Counted from the first letter of the stretch, positions 16,914 to 26,900 are shown. The stretch is DNA of 64,000 nt from Acidimicrobiales bacterium (GCA_025463335.1 JAOBWJ010000163.1:14671-78670); one strand, 5' to 3'. Notes: generated from the letters alone by a model not told the origin. Translations and numbers: made by a program.

Positions 16914-18200
16914 TCAGCCTCCAGGAAGCGTCAGGACGAAGCGCGTGCCCTTGGGAGCACGCGGCTCATGGACGAGGTCTCCGCCGCACGCCCGCGCCAG
17001 CTGCCGGCTGAGCGTCAAGCTGAGCCCGAAGCCGGCGCGGTCGGCGTCTCGACCACGTGAGAAGGGTTGGAAGAGCGTGCCGAGGACCTCCGGGGGGAGG
17101 CCCGGTCCATCGTCTTCCACGACGATGCGTACGACACCCGGGCGTTCCGTCGTGGTCACCGAGACGTGGGGACCGCCGTGGCACAGCGCGTTGCCGAGCA
17201 GCGTGGAGAGGATCTGATCGACGGCCAGGGCGTCGGCCTGTACCACCGAGTCGCCGACTTCGAGCCGGACGGACGTCGTCTGCGGCGTCGATGCCGACCG
17301 CGCAGCAACGGTCGCCTCGGCGAGAGGTGCGACAGCGACGCGTTCGATGGCCAAGGGGCGCTGTCGGCTCTCCAGTTCGTTCAGCTCGAAGAGGTGAACG
17401 AACACATCGCGCAAGCGAGCAGTGTTTCGCTCGACCTCGTTGAGGAGCTGGTCCTGCTGGGCCGTCGTGAGGCGGTCGCGCCGTTCGACGAGCGTCGTGG
17501 CGGCCACCCCGAGCGTGGCGAGCGGACCGCGCAGCTCGTGGGCTGCTCGGGAGATGAAGAGCGCCTGCGCGGCATCCAGCTCCTCGCTGCGGTGCAGGAG
17601 ACGCTCTCGTTCGACGGACTGGCCCAGGAGGAGGCCGACGTCGTTGAGCACAGTGAGGAGCTGCACCGGCACGGCGATCGCGCCGTTCGCTGCGAGGGTC
17701 ACGACGCCGACGATGTCGCTCCCCGTGCGGATCGGGAAGCCGATCCATCGCCGGACGCCCGTCCCATCGCCCCATTCGGCCGCGAACCGTCCGTCGTCGG
17801 CGACCTCGGGGAGGTAGATGATCGTGCGCTCGGCGACCGGGGTGCCGATGAGCGACCGAGCAGGCTCGCCCCGCACTTCCTCGCAGGCCCGCCTGAACCG
17901 TCGAGCGTCGTCGTCGTCGTTCTGCTGCCACGACGACCTCGCCACGAGCTGGCCGTCCTCGAGAACGTGCACCACGGCGACGGACCACCCGAGTCGACCG
18001 CAGATGCTTTCGATCGTCTGGTCGAACACATCATCGACGTCGCGGGCCGCGTCGCAGATCCTCGTGATCCGGTGCAAGAGATCAAGGAGACGCTCGTCGC
18101 TCGTCATCCGCACGGAGGACGACATGAGACGGTCGTCGCCAAGCGCGTTCCCACCTTCGGTCGAACCGAGTTGGTTCCGTCGAGTCGCCGAACTGAGCAT
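16914..18200 (-). CDS. GAF-domain sensor histidine kinase
   Basis: Track ORF 16914..18338. ATG 18200 is preferred (AAGGAA 8 nt upstream); 18125 is possible. H-box FISRAAHELRGPL; ATPase motifs LLGNALCHG, DDGPGLP, GFGLSL. Confidence 0.85.
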   Translation of the reverse strand: MLSSATRRNQLGSTEGGNALGDDRLMSSSVRMTSDERLLDLLHRITRICDAARDVDDVFDQTIESICGRLGWSVAVVHVLEDGQLVARSSWQQNDDDDARRFRRACEEVRGEPARSLIGTPVAERTIIYLPEVADDGRFAAEWGDGTGVRRWIGFPIRTGSDIVGVVTLAANGAIAVPVQLLTVLNDVGLLLGQSVERERLLHRSEELDAAQALFISRAAHELRGPLATLGVAATTLVERRDRLTTAQQDQLLNEVERNTARLRDVFVHLFELNELESRQRPLAIERVAVAPLAEATVAARSASTPQTTSVRLEVGDSVVQADALAVDQILSTLLGNALCHGGPHVSVTTTERPGVVRIVVEDDGPGLPPEVLGTLFQPFSRGRDADRAGFGLSLTLSRQLARACGGDLVHEPRAPKGTRFVLTLPGG

Positions 18201-18402
18201 CAGACGGGTTCCTTGACATTGGGACGGCTTGAGCACCGCCGGATCATTCCCGGATCCGTCGACCCCACACCCACATGCTGCCCGGCAGGGCCGATTCGCA
18301 TGGCTGAGACCGTACGGGCCTAGATGAGAGAATGGCATCCCACATCTGAGGGGTCTCGCAAGGTAGACGCGCCCGACTCATAGGAGAGGACTCGCTACTC
18401 GG

Positions 18403-18487
18403 CGGAGGGGGCGGGATTCGAACCCGCGGGGGCTTGCGCCCCGCCGCTTTTCAAGAGCGGTGCGATCGTCCACTCCGCCACCCCTCC
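18403..18487 (-). tRNA. tRNA-Ser (anticodon UGA)
   Basis: The reverse complement reads GGAGGGG-TG-...-CCGCT CTTGAAA AGCGG-long variable arm CGGGGCGCAAGCCCCC-GCGGG TTCGAAT CCCGC-CCCCTCC-G. It has a 7-bp acceptor stem, a class-II variable arm and a TGA anticodon. CCA is not encoded. Confidence 0.9.
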
Positions 18488-18500
18488 AAGTGTCCTGACG

Positions 18501-19424
18501 TTACCGCTCGATGCTCGACCGGAGGAGCTGCACCCACTCGTCGGCCTGGCGCCAGGCCACCTCGGCATCGCGGCGCCGGCTCTCGCCGTGCTCCCCCGCC
18601 GCCGGGTACGACCCCAGGAACTTCACGTCGGCGATCTTGGCCTTGATGTCGCGCAGGCAATCGGCCACCAGTTCCTCCGCAATGTGGCCTTCGAGGTCGA
18701 TGGCAAAGCAGTACTGGCCCAGGCTCGTCTTCGTCGGGCGGGATTCGAGCTTGGTGAGGTTGATGGCGCGGGCCGCGAACTCCTGAAGGATGGCGAGCAG
18801 GCTGCCGGGCCGATCGAAGCTCTGGAAGCAGACGATCGTCGTCTTGTCGTGGCCGGTGGGCGCCGGGATTCCCTCTTTGGCCACCACCACGAAGCGGGTC
18901 TTGTTCTCCGGGTGGTCCTCGATCTCGGTGGCCAAGAGATCGAGCCCATAGAGCTCGGCGGCCACCGCCGGGGCGATGGCTGCGGTGCCCGGGTGGCCGC
19001 CGTCGCCGACCAAGCGGGCGGCCTCGGCCGTCGAGTTGGCGGCGATCTCCTCCACGCCGGGCAGGTTGGCGGCCAGCCAGCCCCGTACCTGGGCGGTTGC
19101 CACGGGGATCGACATGACCGCCCGGATGTCGGCCAGCGTGCTGCCGGGCGGGGCCAGCAGGTTCTGGTGGATGGGGATCACGATCTCGCGCTGGATGAGG
19201 AGATCGTGCTCGAAGGCCAGGGCATCGATCGACGCGTTGACGGTGCCCTCGATGGCGTTCTCGATGGCCACGAAGCCCAGATCGACCTCGCCCCGCTCGG
19301 TCACGGCCAGCACCTCGGGGATGGAGCCGACGGGTACCAGCTCCCCTTGGGCCAGGTCGTCCTGGCTCAGGAGGGCTTCTTCGGTGAACGTCCCGAGTGG
19401 GCCCAGGAAGGCGATCCGCGGCAT
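18501..19424 (-). CDS. pheA: Prephenate dehydratase (PDT + ACT domains)
   Basis: C-terminal 307 codons of track ORF 18501..20045. ATG 19424 gives the canonical MPRIAFLGPLGTFTEEA N-terminus. ESRP motif (TKLESRPTK) in the ACT region. Confidence 0.9.
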   Translation of the reverse strand: MPRIAFLGPLGTFTEEALLSQDDLAQGELVPVGSIPEVLAVTERGEVDLGFVAIENAIEGTVNASIDALAFEHDLLIQREIVIPIHQNLLAPPGSTLADIRAVMSIPVATAQVRGWLAANLPGVEEIAANSTAEAARLVGDGGHPGTAAIAPAVAAELYGLDLLATEIEDHPENKTRFVVVAKEGIPAPTGHDKTTIVCFQSFDRPGSLLAILQEFAARAINLTKLESRPTKTSLGQYCFAIDLEGHIAEELVADCLRDIKAKIADVKFLGSYPAAGEHGESRRRDAEVAWRQADEWVQLLRSSIER

Positions 19425-20193
19425 GGCGCAGCACAATACGGCGGTGGACGAGAACGCCCTGAGGCGATTGCTGGACGGGGTGCGCTCCGGAGCGGTGCCG
19501 GCCGACGACGCGGTGGCCCTCCTGCGCCGCCTTCCGTGGGCCGATCTCGGCTTCGCCCGGGTCGACCACCACCGGGCGCTACGGCAGGGCGCGGCCGAAG
19601 CGGTGTACGCCCCGGGCAAGACGGCCGAGCAGTGCGCGGCGATCGTGGCCGAGCTGCTGAGTACGCCCGGTTCGCCGGTTGTGCTGACCCGTGCGGAAAA
19701 GGACCAGGTCGACGCGGTCACCGCGATTGCCGCCGACGCCACGGTCACCGGCACCACCGTCACCTGGCGCCACGCGGCGCCGAGGGATGCCGATGTCGTG
19801 GTGCTGACCGCGGGCACTGCTGACCAGCCGGTCGCCGACGAGTGCGCCGCCACGCTCACCGCCATGGGTGCGGCGCCCACCCGCATCGCTGATGTGGGCG
19901 TCGCCGGCCTGCACCGCCTGTTGGCCGAGATCGACCGCATCGCCGCCGCCGACGTCGTGGTGGTCATCGCCGGGATGGAGGGGGCGTTGGCGAGCGTGGT
20001 GGGCGGGATCGCCAGCGGCCCGGTGGTCGCCGTCCCCACGAGCACCGGCTACGGCGCCGCCTTCGAGGGGGTCACCGCCCTCCTCGGCATGCTGGCCTCC
20101 TGTGCCGCCGGCATCACCGTGGTCGGCATCGACAACGGGTTCGGCGCGGCCCTGGCCGTGCACCGGATGCTTACGGTAGGCACCCGTGGCTGA
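19423..20193 (+). CDS. larB: LarB-type nickel-pincer cofactor biosynthesis protein (AIR-carboxylase/PurE-like)
   Basis: Inner part of track ORF 18976..20193. Motifs TAGTADQPVADE, GVAGLHRL, AGMEGALASVVGG, VAVPTSTGYGA, DNGFGAA. ATG 19423 shares the CATG tetranucleotide with the pheA start; GTG 19444 is an alternative. Confidence 0.85.
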   Translation: MAQHNTAVDENALRRLLDGVRSGAVPADDAVALLRRLPWADLGFARVDHHRALRQGAAEAVYAPGKTAEQCAAIVAELLSTPGSPVVLTRAEKDQVDAVTAIAADATVTGTTVTWRHAAPRDADVVVLTAGTADQPVADECAATLTAMGAAPTRIADVGVAGLHRLLAEIDRIAAADVVVVIAGMEGALASVVGGIASGPVVAVPTSTGYGAAFEGVTALLGMLASCAAGITVVGIDNGFGAALAVHRMLTVGTRG

Positions 20194-21406
20194 GCCGCTC
20201 CGCACCATCGCCTGGTTCCACTGCTTCTCCGGCATCGCCGGCGACATGGCGCTCGGCGCGCTGGTCGACGCCGGTGCCGACCTCGACGCCGTCCTCGAGA
20301 TCGTGCGCCGCCTGCCCGTGTCGGGCTGGTCGGTGCACGCCGAGCCCACACTCCGGGGTGGGATCGCCGCCACCCACATGGTCGTCGACGCCCACGAGAC
20401 CACCGTGATCCGCACCTACGCCCACATCACCGGCCTCATCGAGGAGGCCCGGCTCCCCGACCGCGTCCGCGAGCGGGCGGCCGCCATCTTCTTCGCCATC
20501 GCCACCGTTGAGGCCCGCCTCCACCGGCGGAGCATCGAGCAGGTCCACTTCCACGAGGTGGGCAGCCTCGATGCCATCGTCGACGTGGTCGGCGTGGCCG
20601 CCGCCCTGGAGGTGCTCGGGGTCGACGAGGTGGCATCCAGCCCGGTGGCGACCGGCACCGGCATGATCCGGGCCGCCCACGGCCTCTTGCCCAACCCCGC
20701 CCCGGCGGTGGTCGAGCTGTTGGCTGGCGCGCCCACCCACGGTGTCGACCTCCCCGTTGAGCTCACCACGCCCACCGGTGCGGGCATCCTCGCCGCCCTG
20801 TGCCGCACGTGGGGTCCGATGCCGGCGATGACGATCACCCGCAGCGGCTTCGGCGCCGGCACCCGCGACCTCGACGCTCTGCCCAACATGACCCAGGTCG
20901 TGCTGGGCACGGCCGGCGGCACGGCCACCACCGGCCAGCCGGTGGTGCTGCTGGAGGCCAACGTCGACGACGCCACCGGCGAGACACTGGCCCACGCCCT
21001 GGCCATGCTCCTGGAGGCGGGGGCCCACGACGCGTGGGTCACGCCCATCGTCATGAAGAAGGGCCGCCCCGCCCACACCGTCCACGTGCTCGCCGACCCC
21101 GCCCTCGCCGGCCAGCTCGCCGGCGTGCTGCGGGACGAGACCGGCACCCTCGGCGTGCGCGGGACGTCGCTCGAGCGGTGGCCGTCGCCCCGCACGTTCG
21201 AAGAGGTCGAAGTGCACGGTCTGCCGGTACGGGTCAAGGTCGGGGCCGGCCGGGTGAAGGTCGAGCACGACGACGCCGCCCTGGCCGCCCGCCGCATCGG
21301 CCTCCCGCTGCGCGAGGTGGTGTCGCTGGCCGAGGAGGCCTGGCGCCGCGGCCGGGGCGCCGGCACGGTCGTCGAGCTGCCCACGACCCCCGACGACGCC
21401 GGATGA
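20186..21406 (+). CDS. larC: LarC-type nickel insertion protein (DUF111)
   Basis: Track ORF. N-terminus WFHCFSGIAGDMALGALVDAG and HFHEVGSLDAIVDVVG are characteristic of the family. Overlaps the larB end by 8 nt. Confidence 0.85.
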   Translation: MAEPLRTIAWFHCFSGIAGDMALGALVDAGADLDAVLEIVRRLPVSGWSVHAEPTLRGGIAATHMVVDAHETTVIRTYAHITGLIEEARLPDRVRERAAAIFFAIATVEARLHRRSIEQVHFHEVGSLDAIVDVVGVAAALEVLGVDEVASSPVATGTGMIRAAHGLLPNPAPAVVELLAGAPTHGVDLPVELTTPTGAGILAALCRTWGPMPAMTITRSGFGAGTRDLDALPNMTQVVLGTAGGTATTGQPVVLLEANVDDATGETLAHALAMLLEAGAHDAWVTPIVMKKGRPAHTVHVLADPALAGQLAGVLRDETGTLGVRGTSLERWPSPRTFEEVEVHGLPVRVKVGAGRVKVEHDDAALAARRIGLPLREVVSLAEEAWRRGRGAGTVVELPTTPDDAG

Positions 21407-21990
21407 GGCGCATCCTCGCCGCACTCCTCGCCGCCGTCGCCCTCGCCGGCTGTTCGTCGTCGGCGGCCGCACCGAAGGACCAGCTCACCCTGGAGCCGTC
21501 GACCACCACGACGACCACGCCTGCCATCGCCGCCCTCGCCGCCCGCCTCCCCGCGCAGGTGCTCGATGGCTTCACCCGGGCCGACGCTGCGCTCGGCGGC
21601 GGGCCGCTCGATCTGGCGGCCGCGGGCGACGCCAGCACCGACCCCGACGCCGAGCGGGCCCGGCTCCAGCGTCGCAACTTCCGGGAAGGCGTGTCGCGCT
21701 CGTGGGTGGCACCCAATGCCGACACCATCTACATCGCCGTGTACGAGTTCGCCGATACCGCCGGTGCCGCCGGCTATGCCGCCGATCAAGCGGCGCTGCT
21801 CACCGAGCACGGGGCCACCCCGTTTCCCGGCGGCTTCACGACCGTCGAGAAGAGCGGGCAGATCACCCTGACCACCCACGCTGCCATCCGCCAGGTGGGC
21901 AACCGGTGGGCCCTGGTGCTGGTCGCCTCGGAGCAGAACGACCGCACGCCGGCCGATGCCACGGCGATCGCGGCCAGCATCGTCCTCTAG
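21403..21990 (+). CDS. Lipoprotein, function unknown
   Basis: Tail of track ORF 20800..21990. ATG 21403 overlaps the larC stop (ATGA). Signal peptide with lipobox LAGC, followed by a Thr-rich linker. Confidence 0.75.
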   Translation: MRRILAALLAAVALAGCSSSAAAPKDQLTLEPSTTTTTTPAIAALAARLPAQVLDGFTRADAALGGGPLDLAAAGDASTDPDAERARLQRRNFREGVSRSWVAPNADTIYIAVYEFADTAGAAGYAADQAALLTEHGATPFPGGFTTVEKSGQITLTTHAAIRQVGNRWALVLVASEQNDRTPADATAIAASIVL

Positions 21991-22040
21991 GCAGCACGGT
22001 TGCCAAAGGCTCGGACGCCTTCGGCGGGCCTTCGGAACAG

Positions 22041-22991
22041 CTACGGCTTCCTACTTCTGAGGGCAGCCCAGAGCGCCCGGTAGCTCGGGTACTCCAGGCC
22101 CGGCACGACCCACCCGGCCGACTCGAGCTCGCGGTGGAGCTCGGGGAGGTGCCGCCACGGGACGCCGATGTCGACGTGGTGGGCCAGGTGCCACCCAGTG
22201 TTGTACGGCACGATCCAGAACCGGGACGCCGCCGACTGGCGCACGTGGTGCGTGGTGAGGCGCCGGTCGGTCGAGCGGCTCATGCCCCCGTGCTCGGCGA
22301 TCGAGCGCAGCCGGTTGAGGACCCGCCACACCGTGAGCCACGGGGCCAGCCACAGGAAGAGATAGAGCTCGGGTCGGCCCACGGCCGTGCACAGGGCGAG
22401 CAGCACCAGCTGGACACCGATGATCCGCAGGGCGACCGGGCGGGCGGACGGCGATCGCACGGCCTGCAGGAGGGGCCTGAGGTTCTTCCACCCCGAGATG
22501 CCGACGGCGTCGCGAGTGAGCTTGCGCCGGAACGAGTCGCGGGACACCGGGTAGCCCACGTAGAGGCCCATGTCGGGCTCGTCGGGGCCGAGCTCGTCGC
22601 CGTGATGGGCCAGGTGACCTCGGCGATAGACGTCGAGGGGCACGAACGCCGGGTAGGCGAGCAGCCATCGGCCCACGGTGTCGTTGCTCCGCCGGTTGGA
22701 GAACAACAACCGGTGCGCCGCCTCGTGGGCGAGGATCGAGAGGCGGGCGAAGTTGCGGCCGGCCACGAGGAACGCCGCGACCCACACCACCGGGTGGTCG
22801 AGCCACACCGCCGCGGCCACCGACAGGACGATCTGGGCCCAGCAGCCGAAGACGGTGCCGACGTTGGGCAGGTCGTCGATGCGGCGCAGGCTGGCCCGGA
22901 CCTCGGGCACGGGACGACCCGAGCTGGTGAGGCGGCCGGTGGGGAGCACCTCGGGCAGGAGCTCCGGCGGCGGGAGCATGGTCGCAGCCAC
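22041..22991 (-). CDS. Membrane fatty-acid desaturase-family di-iron enzyme
   Basis: Track ORF. Three His boxes: HEAAH, HLAHH, WHLAHH. Hydrophobic segments lie between them. GTG 22991 or ATG 22979. Confidence 0.85.
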   Translation of the reverse strand: MAATMLPPPELLPEVLPTGRLTSSGRPVPEVRASLRRIDDLPNVGTVFGCWAQIVLSVAAAVWLDHPVVWVAAFLVAGRNFARLSILAHEAAHRLLFSNRRSNDTVGRWLLAYPAFVPLDVYRRGHLAHHGDELGPDEPDMGLYVGYPVSRDSFRRKLTRDAVGISGWKNLRPLLQAVRSPSARPVALRIIGVQLVLLALCTAVGRPELYLFLWLAPWLTVWRVLNRLRSIAEHGGMSRSTDRRLTTHHVRQSAASRFWIVPYNTGWHLAHHVDIGVPWRHLPELHRELESAGWVVPGLEYPSYRALWAALRSRKP

Positions 22992-23017
22992 GGCTCGATG
23001 TTACGGTCTCTGATCAC

Positions 23018-23803
23018 GTGAGTACAAGGCGTAACGCCCCGTCGCTGGACCTGCCGCCGCTGACGGCTCGGTCGGTGCTGCTCTCCACCCTCCTCGGGCT
23101 CGACCCGCCGGCCCTGCCCACCGCCCGGCTGGTGGCCACCGCCCGCTTGTTCGGCATCGAGGAGGGCACCGCGCGCGTCGCCCTGTCCCGCATGGTCGCG
23201 GCCGGCGAGGTGGAGCCGGACGACGGGCGCTACCGCCTGGCCGGCCGTCTGCTCGAGCGCCAGCGCCGGCAGGCCGCCGGGCGCAGGGCGCCTGAGGGGC
23301 GCTGGGACGGTGGCTGGCACCTGATCGTGATCATTGCCGCCCGCCGCCCGGCCCACGACCGGACCGACCTCCGCAACCTGCTCGCCGGCGGCCGGCTGGC
23401 CGAGTGGCGGGAAGGGGTGTGGACGCGACCCGACAACCTCCCTAGACCGACGCTGCCCGAGCACCTCGCGGACCACGGCAGGTGGCTGACGGCGGCGCCC
23501 GACACCGACGCAGTGGCCCTGGCCGCCGGGCTCTGGGATCTCGACGCCTGGGCGGCAAGGGCCCGAACGCTGCTCGTCCACCTCGGCAACGGGCGCGCGC
23601 CCCTGGACGCCGGCGACGTCTCCGCCCTCGCGCCCGGCTTCGTCCTGTCGGCAGCCGTGCTCCGCCACCTCGCGGCCGACCCCCTCCTGCCCACCGGCCT
23701 GCTGCCCGACGGGTGGCCGGGACCCGAGTTGCGGGCTGTGTACGACGCCTGGGACGGCGCCTACCGAAGGCTCCTCGCCTCCTGGCACCGCGCCCATCCC
23801 TGA
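23018..23803 (+). CDS. PaaX-like transcriptional regulator
   Basis: Track ORF. N-terminal winged-helix-type region (SVLLSTLLG ... ARLFGIEEGTARVALSRMVAAGEV) and a PaaX-type C-terminal region. Divergent from the desaturase with a 26-bp gap. Confidence 0.7.
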   Translation: MSTRRNAPSLDLPPLTARSVLLSTLLGLDPPALPTARLVATARLFGIEEGTARVALSRMVAAGEVEPDDGRYRLAGRLLERQRRQAAGRRAPEGRWDGGWHLIVIIAARRPAHDRTDLRNLLAGGRLAEWREGVWTRPDNLPRPTLPEHLADHGRWLTAAPDTDAVALAAGLWDLDAWAARARTLLVHLGNGRAPLDAGDVSALAPGFVLSAAVLRHLAADPLLPTGLLPDGWPGPELRAVYDAWDGAYRRLLASWHRAHP

Positions 23804-23935
23804 CGGAGGGCCACTTTTCGCTTCATGATGGTCGACACCTGTCCGATACCTCGTCAGGCGGTGCTCTTTGGGGTGCCGCGAACCGAACGCCACGAACGGG
23901 ACGAACTGCACGTGCTGGTACCGGAAGGGTTCTCG

Positions 23936-26900
23936 ATGCAGCAGCGCCTCGCGAGCGTGCTGGACGAGCTGGACGAGACGGTGTTCCTCGTCGAAGTCGA
24001 ACCCGGTCCCTCCCTGCGCTTCCTCACGCTGAGCGGACGATCCATGCTCCAATCCGACGGTACGCGGGCGAACTACGACGGCTGGCTGGTCGAGGACGTG
24101 CTCCCCGTCGAGAGCGCCGAGCGGGCGTACCACTGGTGGGTCAAGGCCTTCGAGACGAGGACGACCCAGCACTACCAGGCCGAAGCGCCGTTCCCGGACG
24201 GGCGCATCCGAATCTTCGACGTCACCGTCTTCCCCTGGAGCGGGGGCGAGCAGCTCGCCGGTGTGATCCGCGACATCACCAACGAGGCCCGCTCCCGCGA
24301 GCACGTCCAGGCGCGCGACGAGCTCAACCGCGCCGTGCTCGACGCCATCCCCACCGCCACCGCGGTGGTCGACGCCGACGGCGAGATCCGCATGGTGAAC
24401 GCCGCCTGGGTCGTCGATGCCACCGACCTCGAGCTGGCGGTCGCCCTGCCAGGGGACGACTTCCTCGCCAGCGTCGAGCACGTGCCGGGCGCCGCCATGG
24501 CGACCCGACTGGTGCTGGATGGCGACCGGGCGTCGTTTCACACCGACTACCTCGACCGGGGCCGCTGGTTCAGCCTGCGGGTGACGCCGTTCGAAGTCGA
24601 CGGGACCCGAGGCGCCATCCTCACCCGGAGCGATGTCACCGCCCGCGTCAACGAGCAACACGCCGTCGAACAGCTCCACGCCCGCTGGCAGGCCGCCTTC
24701 GCCAGCGCGTCCATCGGGATGGGGTTGGTCAACGGCGAGGGCCGTTTCGTGCAGGTGAACCCCAAGCTGTGTGAGCTCTTCGCCCGCGGCGAGGAGCAGA
24801 TGCTCGCCGTCACGGCGCAGGACGTCACCCCGGCCGACGACGTGAGCCTCCGCGAACGGATCACCCACCTCCCGTCGAGCACGAGCGGCATGGACGGTTT
24901 CGAGAAGCGCTACCTCCGGCCCGACGGCTCGATCATCTGGGTCTGGGTCAACTGGTCGACCGTGCACGACGACGCCGGTGACCTCTACTTCATGCAGTTC
25001 CAGGACATCGGCTCCCGCAAGCGGGCCGAGGCGCGCCTGGCCGACCACCACGCTGTGCTCGAGCTGGTGGCCACCGGCGCCGACCTGGAGACCGTCCTCC
25101 AGAAGGTCGCCGACGTCGGCGAGGCCCACCTCCCCGGCAGCCACTGGGTCCTCATGGCCACCGGGAGCATGGGGTGGTCCGAGCACGTGACCTCCGTGGG
25201 CGTCGATGCGGCCCATGCCCTCGAGCTCGACGAGGCGTACCGCACCTTCGCCCCGACCCGGTGGCGGCAATCGCCCGGCGTGATCGTGATCCCATCCGAC
25301 GGCGGCACGCCGGTCGGCGCCGCCCTGCGCCTGGGTGGCGCCTGGACCCTCCCGGTCGTCGAGGACGGCGGCCAGGTCGCCGGTTTCGTCGTGGTCCACG
25401 ACCCACCCGAGCACGCCGACCCGGAGGACCTCGCCCTCGTCGAGCAGCTCGGCTCGGTCGTGCGCATCGTCCTCCAGCGCGACGCCGCCACCCGGCGCCT
25501 GGCCGAACGCATGCTCGAGGACAGCCTGACCGGCCTGCCCACCCGCACCCTGTTCCACCGCCGAGCCGAGCAGGCCCTCGCCCGCATCGGTCACGGCTCG
25601 CTCGGCGTCGCCGTCCTGAGCGCCGATCTCGACCGCTTCGGGCGCATCAACGAGAGCCTCGGTCACCTGGCCGGCGACGAAGTGCTGACGGAGGTGGCCC
25701 GCCGTCTCCGCAGCGCGGTGCCGTCGCCCGACACGGTGGCCCGGGGCGGGGGCGACGAGTTCCTGGTCCTCGTGGAGGACATCGCCGACGAGGCCGCCGC
25801 CATGGCGCTTGCCGACCGGCTCCTGGCCGAGCTGCGCCGACCCCTCGTCATGGACGACATCGAGTTCACGTGCCCGGCCAGCATCGGCGTGGTGTTCCGC
25901 GACACCGAGGGCAGCAGCGTCGAGATGCTCGAGGGCGACGCCGCCCTGGCCATGGCCGCGGCCAAGGCCAAGGGACGCGACCGCGCCGAACTGTTCACCG
26001 ACGACCTCCGGGTGGCCATGCCACGGCTGAGCCTCGAACGCGAGCTGGCCCAGGCCGTCACCAAGCAGCAGTTCGTCGTCCACTTCCAGCCCGAGGTGGA
26101 GCTGGCCACCAACCGCGTCGTCGGCGTGGAGGCGCTGGTCCGCTGGGACCACCCTGAGCGGGGCCTGCTGCCGCCGGCCGATTTCGTGGGCGCGGCCGAG
26201 GAATCCGGTGTCATCATCGACATCGGGCGCCAGGTCCTCGAGGAGTCGTGCGCCCGGCTGGCCGAATGGTCGGCCGACGACCACCCGCAACTCGCCATCG
26301 CCGTCAACCTCTCGGCCCGCCAGCTGGCCGACCCCGGACTGGTCGAGTTCGTCCGCGCCGTCCTCGAGCGCCATGGCATCGAGCCATCGCGGCTGGTGCT
26401 GGAGATGACCGAGAGCACGCTCGTCGACGACGCCGACCGGGCCAGCGCGGCGTTTGCCGCCCTGCGGGACCTCGGCGTCAGCGTGGCCATCGACGACTTC
26501 GGCACGGGCTACTCGTCGCTGCGCTACCTCAAGCGCTTCCCCGCCGACGTGCTGAAGATCGACCGCTCGTTCGTCGACGGCCTCGGGCTCGACGCCGGCG
26601 ACTCGGCCATCGTCGCCGCCGTGATCCGGCTGGCCCACCGGCTCGACCTCACGGTGATCGCCGAAGGCGTGGAGACGCCCGAGCAGCTGGCCCACCTGAA
26701 GCGGCTCGGCTGCGAACAGGCCCAGGGCTACCTCTGGAGCCGGCCCATGACGGCCGAGGAGATGGGCGCCTTCCTGCAGCGGCCGCTCCCCGAGATCCCC
26801 GATGTCTTGGTGTCCCAGCTCGAGCCGGGTGACGACCGCAGCGAGCTGGATGAGCTGCTCGCGGTGCTGACGCACGAGCTGAGCACGCCGCTGACCGTGA

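Noticed and set aside
20171-21879. ORFs 20171..21472 (-) and 20416..21879 (-).
   Set aside because: They are antisense to larC and the lipoprotein gene, and their composition is low-complexity.
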